Shown here: piece after piece, positions 35,177-45,972 of the stretch
Layout: each line of letters starts with the position of its first letter
Position numbering within the stretch: the first letter of the stretch is position 1
Assembly (NCBI GenBank): GCA_965201075.1
Contig: CBDAVP010000015.1
Location: 1-64,000 of the forward strand
Origin: Isosphaeraceae bacterium
GTDB taxonomy: Bacteria > Planctomycetota > Planctomycetia > Isosphaerales > Isosphaeraceae
Direction of reading: 5' to 3'
DNA length: 64,000 nucleotides
Position numbers and translations under genes: made by a program
Notes under the pieces: model-generated
Databases searched by the model: none
Seen by the model: the letters and a program-made list of their open reading frames with translations, nothing else
What the model was told of the DNA's origin: nothing

Positions 35177-38100
35177 TCAGTTCTTGAGGGTCGAGAGGAA
35201 TTCGACCAGGTCGCGGACGTCGGAACGGGAGAGGTGCTTGACGAGATCCTGGGGCATGCCCGAGAGGCCGGTGGTTCGGCCTTCGATGGATGCGGATGAG
35301 ACCTCGACGACCTTGCCGTCGGGCGTTTGCACCTGAAGCGTTTTGCCATTGTCGGACTTGACCACTCCGGCGATCGTCCGACCGTCGTCCAGGGCGAGAA
35401 CAATGGTCTCGAACCCCTTGGCGATTTGACGGTTGGGGGCCACGATCGATTCCAGCAGGTAGGCACGGTCATTTCGAGCGCCGACGCCGGTGAGTTCGGG
35501 CCCGACGTCACCACCGACACCCTCGGCGCCCGGTCCCTGGCGAAGTCGGTGGCAGCGGACGCATTCGGCCTCGGCCCTGGTGGTGAAGATCGCCTGGCCT
35601 CGCTGGGCATCACCGCCTTCGAGGGATTCTCGGTAAGGACCGAAGGGGTCGTCGACGGGGCGGGCGGCCTCGAACCGGGCGAGCTTTTGGTGGATCGCGG
35701 GATCTTGCCGTTTGGCGGCGGCTTCCAGCAAATCGAGCCGAAGGCTGGGGGGAACCTTGTCGGCGAGGAGGTCGTCGAGCCAGTCCCCGAGAATCTGGTC
35801 GGCCCGGGGGTGGGGGAGATCGCCGAGGGTGGACAGCGAGCTTTGACGCTCGGCGACAGATCCATGGGCGAGGCCGATTTCGAGAACCCGGGCGGCATCG
35901 GCGGGGTCGATTTTGGCGAGTAAGCGACGGCCCGCGGATCGGAGGTCGGCGTTGGTGGAGGCGACGGCGGCTCTCACCGATTCGGCGAGGCCCGGAGCGT
36001 TCAAGGTGGCCAGAGCCTGGAGGGCGGCGACCCTCGGCGGGCCGGGGCGGTCGGGGTCGGCGGCCAGGGTCGCGAGGGGGCCATTGGCGTCGGAAACCTG
36101 GAGGACCCCGGCGGCGTGGGCCGCGGCGGTTCGTACCGGGTCGGGGACCGAACTTAGCAAGGGAGCGATCGTGGGTTTGAGGGCTTCGGCGGCCTGTTCG
36201 ACCGGGTGGGGTTCAATGGGTCGCCAGAGGCCGTTGATCGTGTCGCGTCCCGGTGGCGTCGCCCAGGTCGCCAGGGTGTTCAGGGCTTCGACTCGCAGCG
36301 GTTCGGGAGCCGCGGAGTTGGCCAGGGCGACGAGTCGCGCCGCGGCTTCGAGTCCACCGACGCGGAGGTTGGCCCGGATCGCCCTTCTCAGGAAGAGGTC
36401 GGGGTGGCCGGCGGCGAGTTTCTCGGCGAGGTGGGCCGTGGCCTCGGGCGAGGCGGCCACGTCGGCAATGGCTCGGGCGGCCTCGGAGACGACCTGAGGG
36501 TCGGGGTCGTCCAGGAACCGGGCGAGCGCGGGGTGCCCCGTCCGCCGACAGAACAGGACCAGGCCGAGGCGGACGTTCGGGGAACGGCCCGGGGCCGGTG
36601 GATCTTGTGGATTGAGGGACAGCCAGCGCGATTCGGTCCGGGCGGACCCGACCAGACCCATGACCGCCGCATGACGGAGGACCGGGTCGGGAAAGTCGGC
36701 GTCAAGCTGTTGGAGGAGGGGCTCGATGGCCTCGGGAGTTCCGACGTGGTTCAGAGCGAGGCCGGCGAAGAGGCGGACCCGGGGGGATTCGTCCGCCAGC
36801 AGGAGAGAAATCCGCTGGGAGAGGTCGGCGGACGCTCGATTGTCGGCGACGGGCCTCGTGGCCGGGGAGGTGGTGTCGGCGAGGGTCCGCAGGGCCTGGG
36901 CGCGGATTTCGGGGTCGGGGTCGTGGAAGAATTCCGAGAACCGCTCGTGGCGAGGCTCCTTCGAGTTCCGAGCGATCTGGCCGAGGGCCCAGAGAGCGTG
37001 CATCCGAGCTAGGGGGTTCTTGGAGGACTGAGCGGTTTGCGTCAGGGAGGCTTCGGCGGCTCCCCCCTTCCCCGCGATCGCGAATTGCGCGGCGAGGCGG
37101 ACGCGGCGGTCGGGGTGGGCGAGGAGTGGGAGAAGTTCGGGGATGGGGCGGTGATCAAAACCCTCGGCGATCAGGCGTTGGACCTCGGCGGTGCGTGGGT
37201 CGGTCATTTCGGGGAGGAGTTTGTAGAGGCGACCCTTGCCGGCTCCGTCCCAGCCTTCGACCCAGTCGGCGACGTAGAGAGCGCCATCGGTCCCGAAGAC
37301 GCAGTCGGTGGCGAGGATCGACCAGAGGAATTCCTGGGGGTCCTCAACCTTGTAGGAGGCGCCATCGGGTTTGAGGGCGAACGAGCGGATTCCGCTGTCG
37401 CCGGCGGTGCCGCGGAAGTCGGCCAGGTAGGCCCGGCCTCGTTCGGAGGCGGGGAAGCCAGTGCCGGGGTCGATGGCGAGGCCGGCGGGTCCGTCGGAAA
37501 GATTGGCCAGGGGGGGCATCAGGTAGGCGGGCTGGCCGTCCTGACGGGGATGCCAGAGGTCCTCGGAGTTCCAGACGCCCCGGCTGTTGGGGGTTTCGAT
37601 CGACTGGAAGCCGACCCGCCAGCCGCTGTCGGACCCTTCGACGACGCGGACGACCCGGGCCTCGTCACCGCTGTCGGAGTTGTTGTCGACGGTGAACAGG
37701 TCGCCCAGGTCGTTGAACGCGAGATCTTGAGGGTTCCGCAGCCCGGTGGCGAAGATTTCGAGGTTCGATCCATCGGGCTCGCAGCGGAAGACCGAGCCGG
37801 ATTCGAGGTTCGTGACCGATTGGCCGTTGGGGAGTGAAATGTTGGCGGCGCGGTCGCCGACGGAATAGTAAATGCGCCCGTCAGGGCCCCAGGTCAGGCC
37901 GTGGGAGTCGTGGCCGAGGAGGGCGACGTGGATGCCGTAGCCTTCATGGAGCGATTGGCGATGGTCGGCCTTCCCGTCGCCGTCCTCATCCCGGAAGTGC
38001 CAGAGATGTGGAATGTTGGTGTACCAGACGTCCTTGCCGCGGACCAGAACGCTGGAGCCAATGCCGTCCTCGGGGTGATGGAAGCCGCCGGCGAAGATGT

Positions 38101-38563
38101 CGGAGTGGTCGGCGCGGCCGTCGCCGTCGCGGTCCTCGACGAAGCGAATCTGATCGGGACTTCGACCGTACTCGTCAAGGAATTTGGCTCCGGCGTCGTC
38201 GCGAAACATGGCGAGACGGTCGGCCGTGGTTCGGTTGGCGAGGTCGCGGTCGACCCAGTTGGGATGGTTGCGGTTGTCGGTGACGCCGGCGTGGACTCGG
38301 TACGTCTCGGCGACGTAGGCGCGGTTTCGTTCGTCGAGAGCGAAGGCGACGGGGTTGGCGAGGCGGGGCTCGGCGGCGAAAAGTTCGATTCGGTAACCCT
38401 GGGGGACGCGGAAGCGGGCGATCGCCTGGCGGGCCTCCTCCGAAGCACCGAGGACCCGGGGCGGGGCGGGGTCGGGTTCCGGTTCGGCCGCGGCGACGGG
38501 CGAGGTGGTCACGGCCATCAGGGCAAGGAACCAGTGCCGGAGCCGTTGACGAAGGGTGGTCAT
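35177..38563 (-). CDS. PVC-type membrane-bound dehydrogenase with HEAT repeats and heme-binding CxxCH domain
   Basis: IELFAAEP, beta-propeller (ATGLRNPQ), HEAT repeats, CVRCH, VGPELT, YLLESIVAPN, SGMP. Confidence 0.92.
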   Translation of the reverse strand: MTTLRQRLRHWFLALMAVTTSPVAAAEPEPDPAPPRVLGASEEARQAIARFRVPQGYRIELFAAEPRLANPVAFALDERNRAYVAETYRVHAGVTDNRNHPNWVDRDLANRTTADRLAMFRDDAGAKFLDEYGRSPDQIRFVEDRDGDGRADHSDIFAGGFHHPEDGIGSSVLVRGKDVWYTNIPHLWHFRDEDGDGKADHRQSLHEGYGIHVALLGHDSHGLTWGPDGRIYYSVGDRAANISLPNGQSVTNLESGSVFRCEPDGSNLEIFATGLRNPQDLAFNDLGDLFTVDNNSDSGDEARVVRVVEGSDSGWRVGFQSIETPNSRGVWNSEDLWHPRQDGQPAYLMPPLANLSDGPAGLAIDPGTGFPASERGRAYLADFRGTAGDSGIRSFALKPDGASYKVEDPQEFLWSILATDCVFGTDGALYVADWVEGWDGAGKGRLYKLLPEMTDPRTAEVQRLIAEGFDHRPIPELLPLLAHPDRRVRLAAQFAIAGKGGAAEASLTQTAQSSKNPLARMHALWALGQIARNSKEPRHERFSEFFHDPDPEIRAQALRTLADTTSPATRPVADNRASADLSQRISLLLADESPRVRLFAGLALNHVGTPEAIEPLLQQLDADFPDPVLRHAAVMGLVGSARTESRWLSLNPQDPPAPGRSPNVRLGLVLFCRRTGHPALARFLDDPDPQVVSEAARAIADVAASPEATAHLAEKLAAGHPDLFLRRAIRANLRVGGLEAAARLVALANSAAPEPLRVEALNTLATWATPPGRDTINGLWRPIEPHPVEQAAEALKPTIAPLLSSVPDPVRTAAAHAAGVLQVSDANGPLATLAADPDRPGPPRVAALQALATLNAPGLAESVRAAVASTNADLRSAGRRLLAKIDPADAARVLEIGLAHGSVAERQSSLSTLGDLPHPRADQILGDWLDDLLADKVPPSLRLDLLEAAAKRQDPAIHQKLARFEAARPVDDPFGPYRESLEGGDAQRGQAIFTTRAEAECVRCHRLRQGPGAEGVGGDVGPELTGVGARNDRAYLLESIVAPNRQIAKGFETIVLALDDGRTIAGVVKSDNGKTLQVQTPDGKVVEVSSASIEGRTTGLSGMPQDLVKHLSRSDVRDLVEFLSTLKN

Positions 38564-38641
38564 GCGGTGAGAACCTCGGGTGCGTCGGCGGGCGGGCGGG
38601 CGGGCGGGCGAGCGGCGGCCACGGTCGGGGGAGAATCGGAG

Positions 38642-39139
38642 TCAAGGGCTCGGATGGTCGTGGAGGTAGTCGCGGAGGTAGCGGAGGAAGGTGGGGAGGC
38701 CGGCCGCGTCCCAGGCCGCTTCAATTTCTTCCTTGAGGCGCTGGTTCTCGACCTGGAGGGACCGGAACGCTTCGACGTCGGCGTCGTTGGGGTCGAGGGC
38801 GAGAACCTGGTCGTGGGTGTTGACCGACAGGAGGAACCCCGCCGGGTTCGGCCAGGGCTGGACCTGGAGTTTCATGTGAGGGTAGCGGTGATTTCCCAGC
38901 CGCAGAGCGTAGATGGAGGAGGAGTCGCCCTCGGCGCGGGAGACTCGCTCGAACGGAGGACAGGCCGGGGGCGCGGAATCGGCGGCGTTGTCGAGCCAGG
39001 AGAGTCGGCGGAGAACCGCGGCTGGAGGGGGACCGTGGGGATGGGCCCGTTCCAGGTAGATCTGGACGGCGCGGCGTAGCGCGTCGACGCGTAAAGTTTC
39101 GAGGTCGTGGGGCGGGGTGAGGCCCATGTCCGCCGTCAT
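38642..39139 (-). CDS. Hypothetical protein
   Basis: Gene-like ORF (YALRLGNHRYPHMKL...IEAAWDAAGLPTF). Confidence 0.7.
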   Translation of the reverse strand: MTADMGLTPPHDLETLRVDALRRAVQIYLERAHPHGPPPAAVLRRLSWLDNAADSAPPACPPFERVSRAEGDSSSIYALRLGNHRYPHMKLQVQPWPNPAGFLLSVNTHDQVLALDPNDADVEAFRSLQVENQRLKEEIEAAWDAAGLPTFLRYLRDYLHDHPSP

Positions 39140-39883
39140 GCGGTCGTCTCGCACCGGGCCGGGGACGAGCGTTTTGGAAGGCCCTTCGGGGGCGGCTCGA
39201 CGCCAGACCCTATCGTATGACGGCGAGGACGCCGCCGCCATGCTCGGTGTCGAGATTTGGGCGTGGAGGTCGCGGAGCTTGGTTGACGGTGAGACGACCC
39301 GAGGGCAAGGCGCCCGCGTCATTCCGTCGAGGCGGGCCGTGTTGGGGGGGGGGGAAGAAGCCAGAATCAAGCCGACCGGGCATCATCACCTGGGCAGACC
39401 ACCTCTCCCATGGTCGCTTCAGTGATGAGCCCGGCCGGCTCGGCTCGGCGCGAGACCCCTAGAAAGGGGTCTGGCTGTGTAGGAGGGGGCGAGCGGGGGG
39501 GTCGTGCGAGGTATCCCGCTCGCCCCTTGGCGGTTGGCCGGTGACGAGCGTGAGATCGCCGCCGGCCGTCGCCCTGGGGGTGGTTTGTGTCGAGAGGACT
39601 GATTACGATTTTGGCCGCTTTCCGTCCAGTCGACTCGGGAAGGATACAAGGCAAAGCGGATGCCAGTAGCCATGAGAGATGGCCTCAGATTGTTCTAAGG
39701 CGATCCAAAGAAACGACTTAATGATGTTTCGGAAAACCGAAGGTCGAGAGGAGTGGGTAGAGCGGGTCGCTGCAAAGACTCGGATGTTGTCGTAACCTTG
39801 AGCATGTGAGCCAGGGGAATGTGCAATGCTCTCAACCGGGCAAACTGTGATTCACAAAACGCCATTTCTTCAGGGTCGATCCC

Positions 39884-41101
39884 GTGACATTGCGTCCAAA
39901 ATCGGTTTCTGAGCCTGAGGCGATCCTGTCAATGTCGAAGGGAATGGCGGGGGATCGGGATCCGCTTGGGGATTGCGAACTCGATGCGGATGGCGTGCCC
40001 AGGCGGTTGCCAATCTCCGATTGGCCGCAATGTTTGGAACGGCTCGGGCAGGGTGGATTTGAGCAAAGCGAGGGGGAATTGGCTCGGATCGCGGGGTTGT
40101 TGCGGGGGATTCTGCGGTTTGGGCGTCCCGATGGCTCGATCGTTTTCGATTCACAAGGGCCAGACCCGGCACATCGGGCCTGGTTGCGGCGCTGGGCCGA
40201 GACCTTGGGAGATCCGTCGCTCCTCTCCGTGGCTCGACGCTGGGCTCCGAATCGGCGGGATGCGGACACGGAGTTACCGAGTCCGCCTCCTTTGCCGGCA
40301 TTCGCTTGCGGGGATCGGCCCCTGGCGATTCTTCGACCCGATTGGTCTTCGCGAGGCGATTGGCTGGCCGTGGATCAGCGAGACCGTGGGGGTCGGGCCC
40401 TGGTGGAGTTGGTGGGTCGGGGCCGTCGGCTGCTGGGTCCGTCCTGGAGTTCGGGGGTCGGCGAAGTTGGAGAAGCTTCGACGGGGGCACCCCGAATCAT
40501 TTACTGGAAGTCCGGGGCCGAGGCGGACCTTCTGGAGTGGAGCTACCCGCGGCCGGGGGGTCGGGTGGTCCGGTCGGCTCTCCTTTTGAGGGGGCGAGGT
40601 TTGGCGTTGCTGGCCGAGCAGGTTCCCCGGGGCGTGAGCGCGGCCTCGATGGATTTGGAGTTGCCCAAAGGGGTGACGGCGAGGGAGGTGGAGGAGGGTC
40701 GGGGGCTGATTCTGAACGGAGGCGCGCGACTTTTGCCTTTGGCGTCGCCAATGGGATTGGAGGGGGGCGGCTGGTTGCGGATGTCGGGAGATTCGTCGGT
40801 GCGGCTGGCCAGTGGGGGGAGGAACTGGCTGCCTTTGCTGGTTTCGTGGAACCCGGAGCGGAACCGTCGGCCTGTTTCGTGGTTTCCGCTGACCGTCGCG
40901 GAGCGGTCGCGGACCTGTCCGCCCGGGGTAGCGTTCGCGGCGAGGGTGGCCTGGGGGCGCGATGAGGGCTTGGTGATTTATCGCAGCATGGTGGCGCCGG
41001 GATTGCGGACATTCCTGGGGCACCAAACCCGTTCGAGATTTCTGGTCGGTCGGTTCGGTCGGGACGGGGTGGTTCGGCCGTTGATCCGCGTGGACGAGTG
41101 A
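39884..41101 (+). CDS. Hypothetical protein (possibly heparinase II/III-like C-terminal beta domain)
   Basis: 405-aa ORF with beta-rich C-terminus; start uncertain. Confidence 0.55.
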   Translation: MTLRPKSVSEPEAILSMSKGMAGDRDPLGDCELDADGVPRRLPISDWPQCLERLGQGGFEQSEGELARIAGLLRGILRFGRPDGSIVFDSQGPDPAHRAWLRRWAETLGDPSLLSVARRWAPNRRDADTELPSPPPLPAFACGDRPLAILRPDWSSRGDWLAVDQRDRGGRALVELVGRGRRLLGPSWSSGVGEVGEASTGAPRIIYWKSGAEADLLEWSYPRPGGRVVRSALLLRGRGLALLAEQVPRGVSAASMDLELPKGVTAREVEEGRGLILNGGARLLPLASPMGLEGGGWLRMSGDSSVRLASGGRNWLPLLVSWNPERNRRPVSWFPLTVAERSRTCPPGVAFAARVAWGRDEGLVIYRSMVAPGLRTFLGHQTRSRFLVGRFGRDGVVRPLIRVDE

Positions 41102-41218
41102 GTTGAGGCGAATTCGCGGCCCCAGTCGCGGTCCCCGACGCTGAATTCAGCGACGGGAGAGCGGTTGCCGGTTGCTCCGGCCCGTTCTTGCAGGTTCGCA
41201 ACCAGGAGAACGCTTCCC

Positions 41219-41881
41219 ATGTTCACCAAGTTCCGGTATGTCGCAGTGATGGCGTTGCTCGCGTGTCCTTCCGTTTACGCCCAGGGACCTCGCGGCGGCG
41301 GCGGGATGATGGGTGGGCCAGGTGGGGCGAATCTCGCCCGCAACAAGAGCGTTCAGGAGGAACTGAAGGTCTCGTCCGAGCAGGCCACCAAGATCGACGA
41401 AGCGGCCGACTCGATGCGTGACAAGTATCGCGAGGAGATGCGTGAGATTCGGGAAGGGGACGAGTCAGGTCGTCGGGAGAAGATGGAAGCCCTCAGCCAC
41501 CAGATGATGACGGACGCCCACAAGAGCCTGGGGGAAATCCTGAGCCCTGACCAGCTCAAGCGGTTCGTCCAGATCGAGCGTCAGCAGAATGTCTTGATGG
41601 CGCTGCATCAGCCGGCAGTGGTGTCGACCCTGAAACTTTCGGACGAGCAGGTGGGCAAGGTCAAGGAGATTCAGAACGATCTGCAAAAGACGATGAGGGA
41701 GTCGATGAGAGGCGGTCAGGGAGGTGGCGGCAATCGCGATGCTCGCGAGAAGATGATGACGGAACGCAAGGCGGCGACTGAAAAGGCCGTGGCGGTGCTG
41801 ACCGACGAGCAGAAGTCGGCGTGGAAGGATCTGGTCGGCTCTCCCTTCGAGGTCAAGATGGAAGGTCCTCGGGATCGCTGA
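41219..41881 (+). CDS. Secreted helical repeat protein (Spy/CpxP-like LTxxQ repeats)
   Basis: Signal peptide; repeats VSSEQ, LSPDQ, LSDEQ, LTDEQ; AGGAG RBS. Confidence 0.75.
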   Translation: MFTKFRYVAVMALLACPSVYAQGPRGGGGMMGGPGGANLARNKSVQEELKVSSEQATKIDEAADSMRDKYREEMREIREGDESGRREKMEALSHQMMTDAHKSLGEILSPDQLKRFVQIERQQNVLMALHQPAVVSTLKLSDEQVGKVKEIQNDLQKTMRESMRGGQGGGGNRDAREKMMTERKAATEKAVAVLTDEQKSAWKDLVGSPFEVKMEGPRDR

Positions 41882-41910
41882 GGTTCAAGGCGCTTTGAGA
41901 ATTAATGAAG

Positions 41911-41946
41911 CGGGCCCGGCGCCTCCCAGGGGAGGAGCCGGGCCCG
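41911..41946. terminator. GC-rich hairpin between convergent genes
   Basis: CGGGCCCGGC...GCCGGGCCCG inverted repeat. Confidence 0.55.
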
Positions 41947-41984
41947 TTGTTCGATGCCCACTTGCGAGACACAGCGACGGGCGA

Positions 41985-42911
41985 TCAACGCCCCGAGGAG
42001 GACGTCGCCGGGAGGACCGTTCGGGAGGTCGTGCTGGAAGTGGCCGTGGAGCCGAACGCGTTACGTCGCAGGGCGTTCTTGATCAAGCTGTAGCTGAAGA
42101 TGTTGTTGACGACGATCTGGAACGGTTCGGAGAGGCGATTCAAGAGGACACTCGTGCGGACGATCGGGTCTCGAAAGACCATGATCCGGTCGCCGGGCAT
42201 GAGCTGATAGTTGGTGGTGGTGTCGCCGGCGTTGATGATGGCCGGTAGGTTGACCGGCAAGGTCTGGGCACAACAAGCATCGGGCGGGGCCGGTCGGACG
42301 AGGCGAATGTTCTGGAAGGCGGCGGTGGGCAACAGGCCACCGGCGTAGTTGATGGCGTCGAGGACTGTCTCGTTGCCGGTGATGGGGAAGCGGCCCTGAA
42401 GACTCACGTCGCCCTGGACGTAGTAGACCTTGCTGTTGTACTGGGCGACGTCGACGAAAACGGATTCGGACTCCGCCGGGGGGACGGGTACGGGGTTTCC
42501 GTCCTTGTCCTTCAGGGGTTCGAGCGTCTTTTCGTCGTACTTGATGAGGCCCAAGGCGTCGTCGGTGAGGGATTTCCTCAGGTGGATGATGATCTTTTCC
42601 TTGATCTGGTCGGTGGTCAGGCCGGCGACGTAGACGTCTCCGTAAAAGTCGAGGGAGATTTTGCCATCGGGCCGAACAAGTCGATCGCCGTCGAGCTGAC
42701 GTCCGGGTGCGGCCTGGAGGACCGCGACGTGGATGACGTCGGGGGTCTCGACCACGTAGTCGGGCATCGTGGTTTTGCTCAACTCTCTCGGCAGGTTGAG
42801 CTTGGCGATCTGCTCCTCGGGCGTCCTGACGGTCTGGCAACCGCAGGCCAGCAGGGCCAGGACGGGCAGGACCCAGCCCGCCGCGCGGCGGGAAACGCTC
42901 TTGCGATCCAT
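41985..42911 (-). CDS. Polysaccharide biosynthesis/export lipoprotein (Wza-like)
   Basis: Lipobox LACGC; YVVETPDVI, VRPDGKISL..YGDVYVAGLT, SLBB-like ETVLDAINYAGG, LMPGD. Confidence 0.9.
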   Translation of the reverse strand: MDRKSVSRRAAGWVLPVLALLACGCQTVRTPEEQIAKLNLPRELSKTTMPDYVVETPDVIHVAVLQAAPGRQLDGDRLVRPDGKISLDFYGDVYVAGLTTDQIKEKIIIHLRKSLTDDALGLIKYDEKTLEPLKDKDGNPVPVPPAESESVFVDVAQYNSKVYYVQGDVSLQGRFPITGNETVLDAINYAGGLLPTAAFQNIRLVRPAPPDACCAQTLPVNLPAIINAGDTTTNYQLMPGDRIMVFRDPIVRTSVLLNRLSEPFQIVVNNIFSYSLIKNALRRNAFGSTATSSTTSRTVLPATSSSGR

Positions 42912-43092
42912 GCGAGACTCCTGCCCGGCGGGCCGGGACCGGCCGGAACGGTCGACATCCTGGTCGGCCCGCTCCCCCCTCCGTGGAACCAAATCGCCCG
43001 GTCGCCGCATGAGCGGCAAGACTGGGCTTGACACACCATAGGATCGGTCGAGGACCGCCCCGTCTGGAGCGAATCCGAACGACCGTTGGGTA

Positions 43093-43629
43093 TCAACCGT
43101 TGGGCCGGAAGAATCGGTCGTGGCGGGAGAAGTAGCCGCTGCGGAGGCCGGGGTTGGAAGTCTGGTCCTCATCGGGCTCGCCCGCCGCTCCTCCGCCGAA
43201 GTAACGCGAGGCGCCTCCGCCGGGCCTCATCATGGCGCCCCGAGGAACGGTCAGGCCGTCGCCTCGGTTGCGGCCGTTACCGGAGTTGCGAGCGGCGATC
43301 GACTGGGCCTGAGCCTGCTGCCTCATGCCCATGACCATCCAGGCGGCGCCGATGCCCCCGCCCGGCAAGGCATTGCCGTAAAGGCCGGCGGCGTTGGGGT
43401 TCACGTAAGGGTTGGTATAAGGGTTGGCCATCAAGCCCACGCCCGGGCCAAACCCCGCGATGCCCCCCGAGGTCGTGCCGGAATACCCCGAGGACGTGGG
43501 TCCCGCCGCGGGGGTCGCGCCGGCTCCCCCTCCCAGGCCGATCCCGAGGCCCTGGGCCTGGGCCTGGGTGGAGAGTGCCATGGCGACGAGTCCCGCCGCG
43601 AGCGCCTCGAACCTGATCATGCGTCGCAT
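43093..43629 (-). CDS. Secreted Gly-rich hypothetical protein
   Basis: Signal peptide ending AQA; GGAGG RBS. Confidence 0.65.
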   Translation of the reverse strand: MRRMIRFEALAAGLVAMALSTQAQAQGLGIGLGGGAGATPAAGPTSSGYSGTTSGGIAGFGPGVGLMANPYTNPYVNPNAAGLYGNALPGGGIGAAWMVMGMRQQAQAQSIAARNSGNGRNRGDGLTVPRGAMMRPGGGASRYFGGGAAGEPDEDQTSNPGLRSGYFSRHDRFFRPNG

Positions 43630-43935
43630 TCCGCCCTCCTTCGTTGGGTCAGTTCCGGGATCACCAAAGAGCGGCGAGATCCCGGATTACAGCATCGGTG
43701 CCGAACGGGTGCAGCCTGCACCCTCACGAGTTCGAGCGTCGCAACCCGACGAACTGGCCTCAACCGATACCGCCCACCCTTCCCGAACAACGGGCTCGAC
43801 CCGGACTTCGCATTTTGCCTTTCCATCCAGGGTGAGGTGAGCCCATTCCGATCTGCAACTAGCAAGACAAACCGAAGGGCCGCGCCCGAAACGGATGCGG
43901 GAGCGCCCGGACACTCCCCGAAGGATGGTGCAAGG

Positions 43936-44877
43936 ATGGTCACGAAATCCGGGAGTCGCAGGCTCCTCGCCGCGAGTCTGGTGGTGTTGGGTGGACTGGC
44001 GGCGCCGTCGCTGGTCGGGGCGCAGGGATTGTTGCCGAACCTTGGGACGCGGTACCGGGAAAAGCCCTCTTGCGCTTCGGAACCGCCGTTCTATGCAACG
44101 GTGCGGCATCAATACTTCGGGTATTACCCGACCTGCTGGCGGCGATTCCCACCGGGCTGGACCTGCCCATGCCCGAATCCGGAGTTGCCGAATTTCCAGC
44201 AGGCCCTCCAGGACCGAAAATTGAGGGTCGACGAAGGAGGTCCGGCGGATCGGCCCGGAGACGCGGGGGCGGATGCGGGGGCCGATGGGGATGTGCCCCG
44301 CCCGGAGCCGATGGACCTCCCCGAAACGCCCAATGGCGATTCTCCTTTCCGGCAGCCGGACACCAAGCCGGCGACTCCGCCTCCTTTGCAGGGGGATGAC
44401 TCGTTGGATTCGGAGCCTCGAAGAAACCCGGCGCGAGGGTCGCAGGATCGGCCTTCGACCTCGTCGTTGATGACGAGTCCGCCGGTGCAGGTGGCCGCGG
44501 CCCCCGTTCAAGCGACCGCCGCCGACCTGCCCTCCACCGCCGCCGCCGCCCCGTCGATGGCCCCGCTGGTGGAAGCCGATGGTTCGACCACGGACCCGAC
44601 GCCGCTGCCGCCCCCCGCCGAAGCCCGGCCGATCGCGGCTCCGGTGGTGGACGAGGCTCCCTCCCTCTCCTCACCCGAGGCTTCCGTGGTTGCCACCGCG
44701 CCGATGCCCGCGACACCCGAGCCGACGATCCCGCTGGGCGTTGACCCCAGGACGGGCAACGGAACCGCTGACCCGGCGATCGCCCCGCCGTCGATTGTCG
44801 AGAGTGTCCCGGCGCCGGCCACCGCGCCTCGACGTGGCCTGCTGGGCGGCGTCTTCAACCGGTTCCGCCGCCGCTGA
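43936..44877 (+). CDS. Secreted Pro/Ala-rich hypothetical protein
   Basis: Signal peptide; YFGYYPTCWRRFP..WTCPCP motif; long low-complexity tail. Confidence 0.7.
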   Translation: MVTKSGSRRLLAASLVVLGGLAAPSLVGAQGLLPNLGTRYREKPSCASEPPFYATVRHQYFGYYPTCWRRFPPGWTCPCPNPELPNFQQALQDRKLRVDEGGPADRPGDAGADAGADGDVPRPEPMDLPETPNGDSPFRQPDTKPATPPPLQGDDSLDSEPRRNPARGSQDRPSTSSLMTSPPVQVAAAPVQATAADLPSTAAAAPSMAPLVEADGSTTDPTPLPPPAEARPIAAPVVDEAPSLSSPEASVVATAPMPATPEPTIPLGVDPRTGNGTADPAIAPPSIVESVPAPATAPRRGLLGGVFNRFRRR

Positions 44878-45124
44878 GACCAGCGATCCTCCCGTTCGCC
44901 GGACCCGTTCCCGTCCCCCTCGACCGCGCCCCTGGAGGCGTCGATCGAGGGGGATTGTCGTTAGGGGCCGAATCGGGATCACCTTTGTTCATTTGTTCAG
45001 TAAGGCGGATGCCCGATCCGGCGGCTAAACTGGGACTTGCGTCCGAACAAGCTAACTTTTGGCCTCAACCGAGGGCGGCCTGATGATTCGCCGTTCCCCC
45101 GTGGCGCCGGCTCAGGGCGAGGAG

Positions 45125-45544
45125 ATGGGCCGTATCACGATCGCGGTGCGGGTCGAGAACAACTTTGACGTCCGTCGGGCCGAGGAGGGGCAAATCCCCT
45201 TCGGGTCGGTCCGGACGTTGGAGATTGACGACGCGCTCGTGGATACCGGGGCGACTGGGCTTTGCCTGCCCGAGTCGATGGTGAGGGAGTTGGGTTTGAC
45301 GGCGGTGAGGCGGCGATCAGCGCGGACGGCCGCCGGTATCACGATGTTGACCGTGTACTCCGAGGTTCGCTTGACGATTCTGGACCGGGATGCCGTGATC
45401 CGCATCACCGAGATTCCGGATGGGTCGCCGGTGCTGGTGGGGCAGATTCCGCTGGAGGAGATGGACCTGATCCCGTATCCCAAGGAGCGGAAACTCAAGC
45501 CCAACCCGGCCCATGACGGCGAGTGGACGATCGAGATCTATTGA
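45125..45544 (+). CDS. Clan AA (retropepsin-like) aspartic protease
   Basis: ALVDTGATGLCLP and VLVGQIPLEEMDL motifs. Confidence 0.85.
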   Translation: MGRITIAVRVENNFDVRRAEEGQIPFGSVRTLEIDDALVDTGATGLCLPESMVRELGLTAVRRRSARTAAGITMLTVYSEVRLTILDRDAVIRITEIPDGSPVLVGQIPLEEMDLIPYPKERKLKPNPAHDGEWTIEIY

Positions 45545-45618
45545 AGCGGGTTCCGGTGGGTGACGGCCTGGGGACCAAGATCGGGCGTGTCCCGACGAAT
45601 GGCCCAGTGGGATGGTGA

Positions 45619-45972
45619 ATGGCAACGGCGAGGGCTACCGCTATGAGACGCGGGACTTGGGGAATCTCCCGACAAGTGTTGCCGGCGTTGATCCTGGCCG
45701 TGGGGATTGGCTGCGTGAGCGTTTCGTGGAGAGTCCTGTGGGATCGCCCCGCCAGATTTCCCCTGCCGCTCGCGGTGGTGGTCGTCGTCCTGGGTACGCC
45801 GCTGCAAGTCGCCGGGTTGTATGCCCTGGCCCGGGCGGTTTGGGAATGGAGTGGGCCGCGACCCTCGCCAATCGGAATTTCCGGATCTTGCGGCCGGCGA
45901 CGACGATCGGACTTGCCGGGTGAGTCGCTACTCGGCCGGCCTGACCGCGCGAGGCGAGAGTTCTCGGAATGA
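45619..45972 (+). CDS. Small membrane protein
   Basis: Two hydrophobic helices; stop overlaps the next start (ATGA). Confidence 0.5.
   Translation: MATARATAMRRGTWGISRQVLPALILAVGIGCVSVSWRVLWDRPARFPLPLAVVVVVLGTPLQVAGLYALARAVWEWSGPRPSPIGISGSCGRRRRSDLPGESLLGRPDRARREFSE

Noticed and set aside
39370..39880. ncRNA in the long divergent intergenic region
   Set aside because: AT-richer promoter-like DNA with no recognisable RNA family or strong structure
43120..43935. N-terminal extension making a 585-aa protein
   Set aside because: Overlaps the opposite-strand gene 43093..43629; the signal peptide at 43936 marks the likely start
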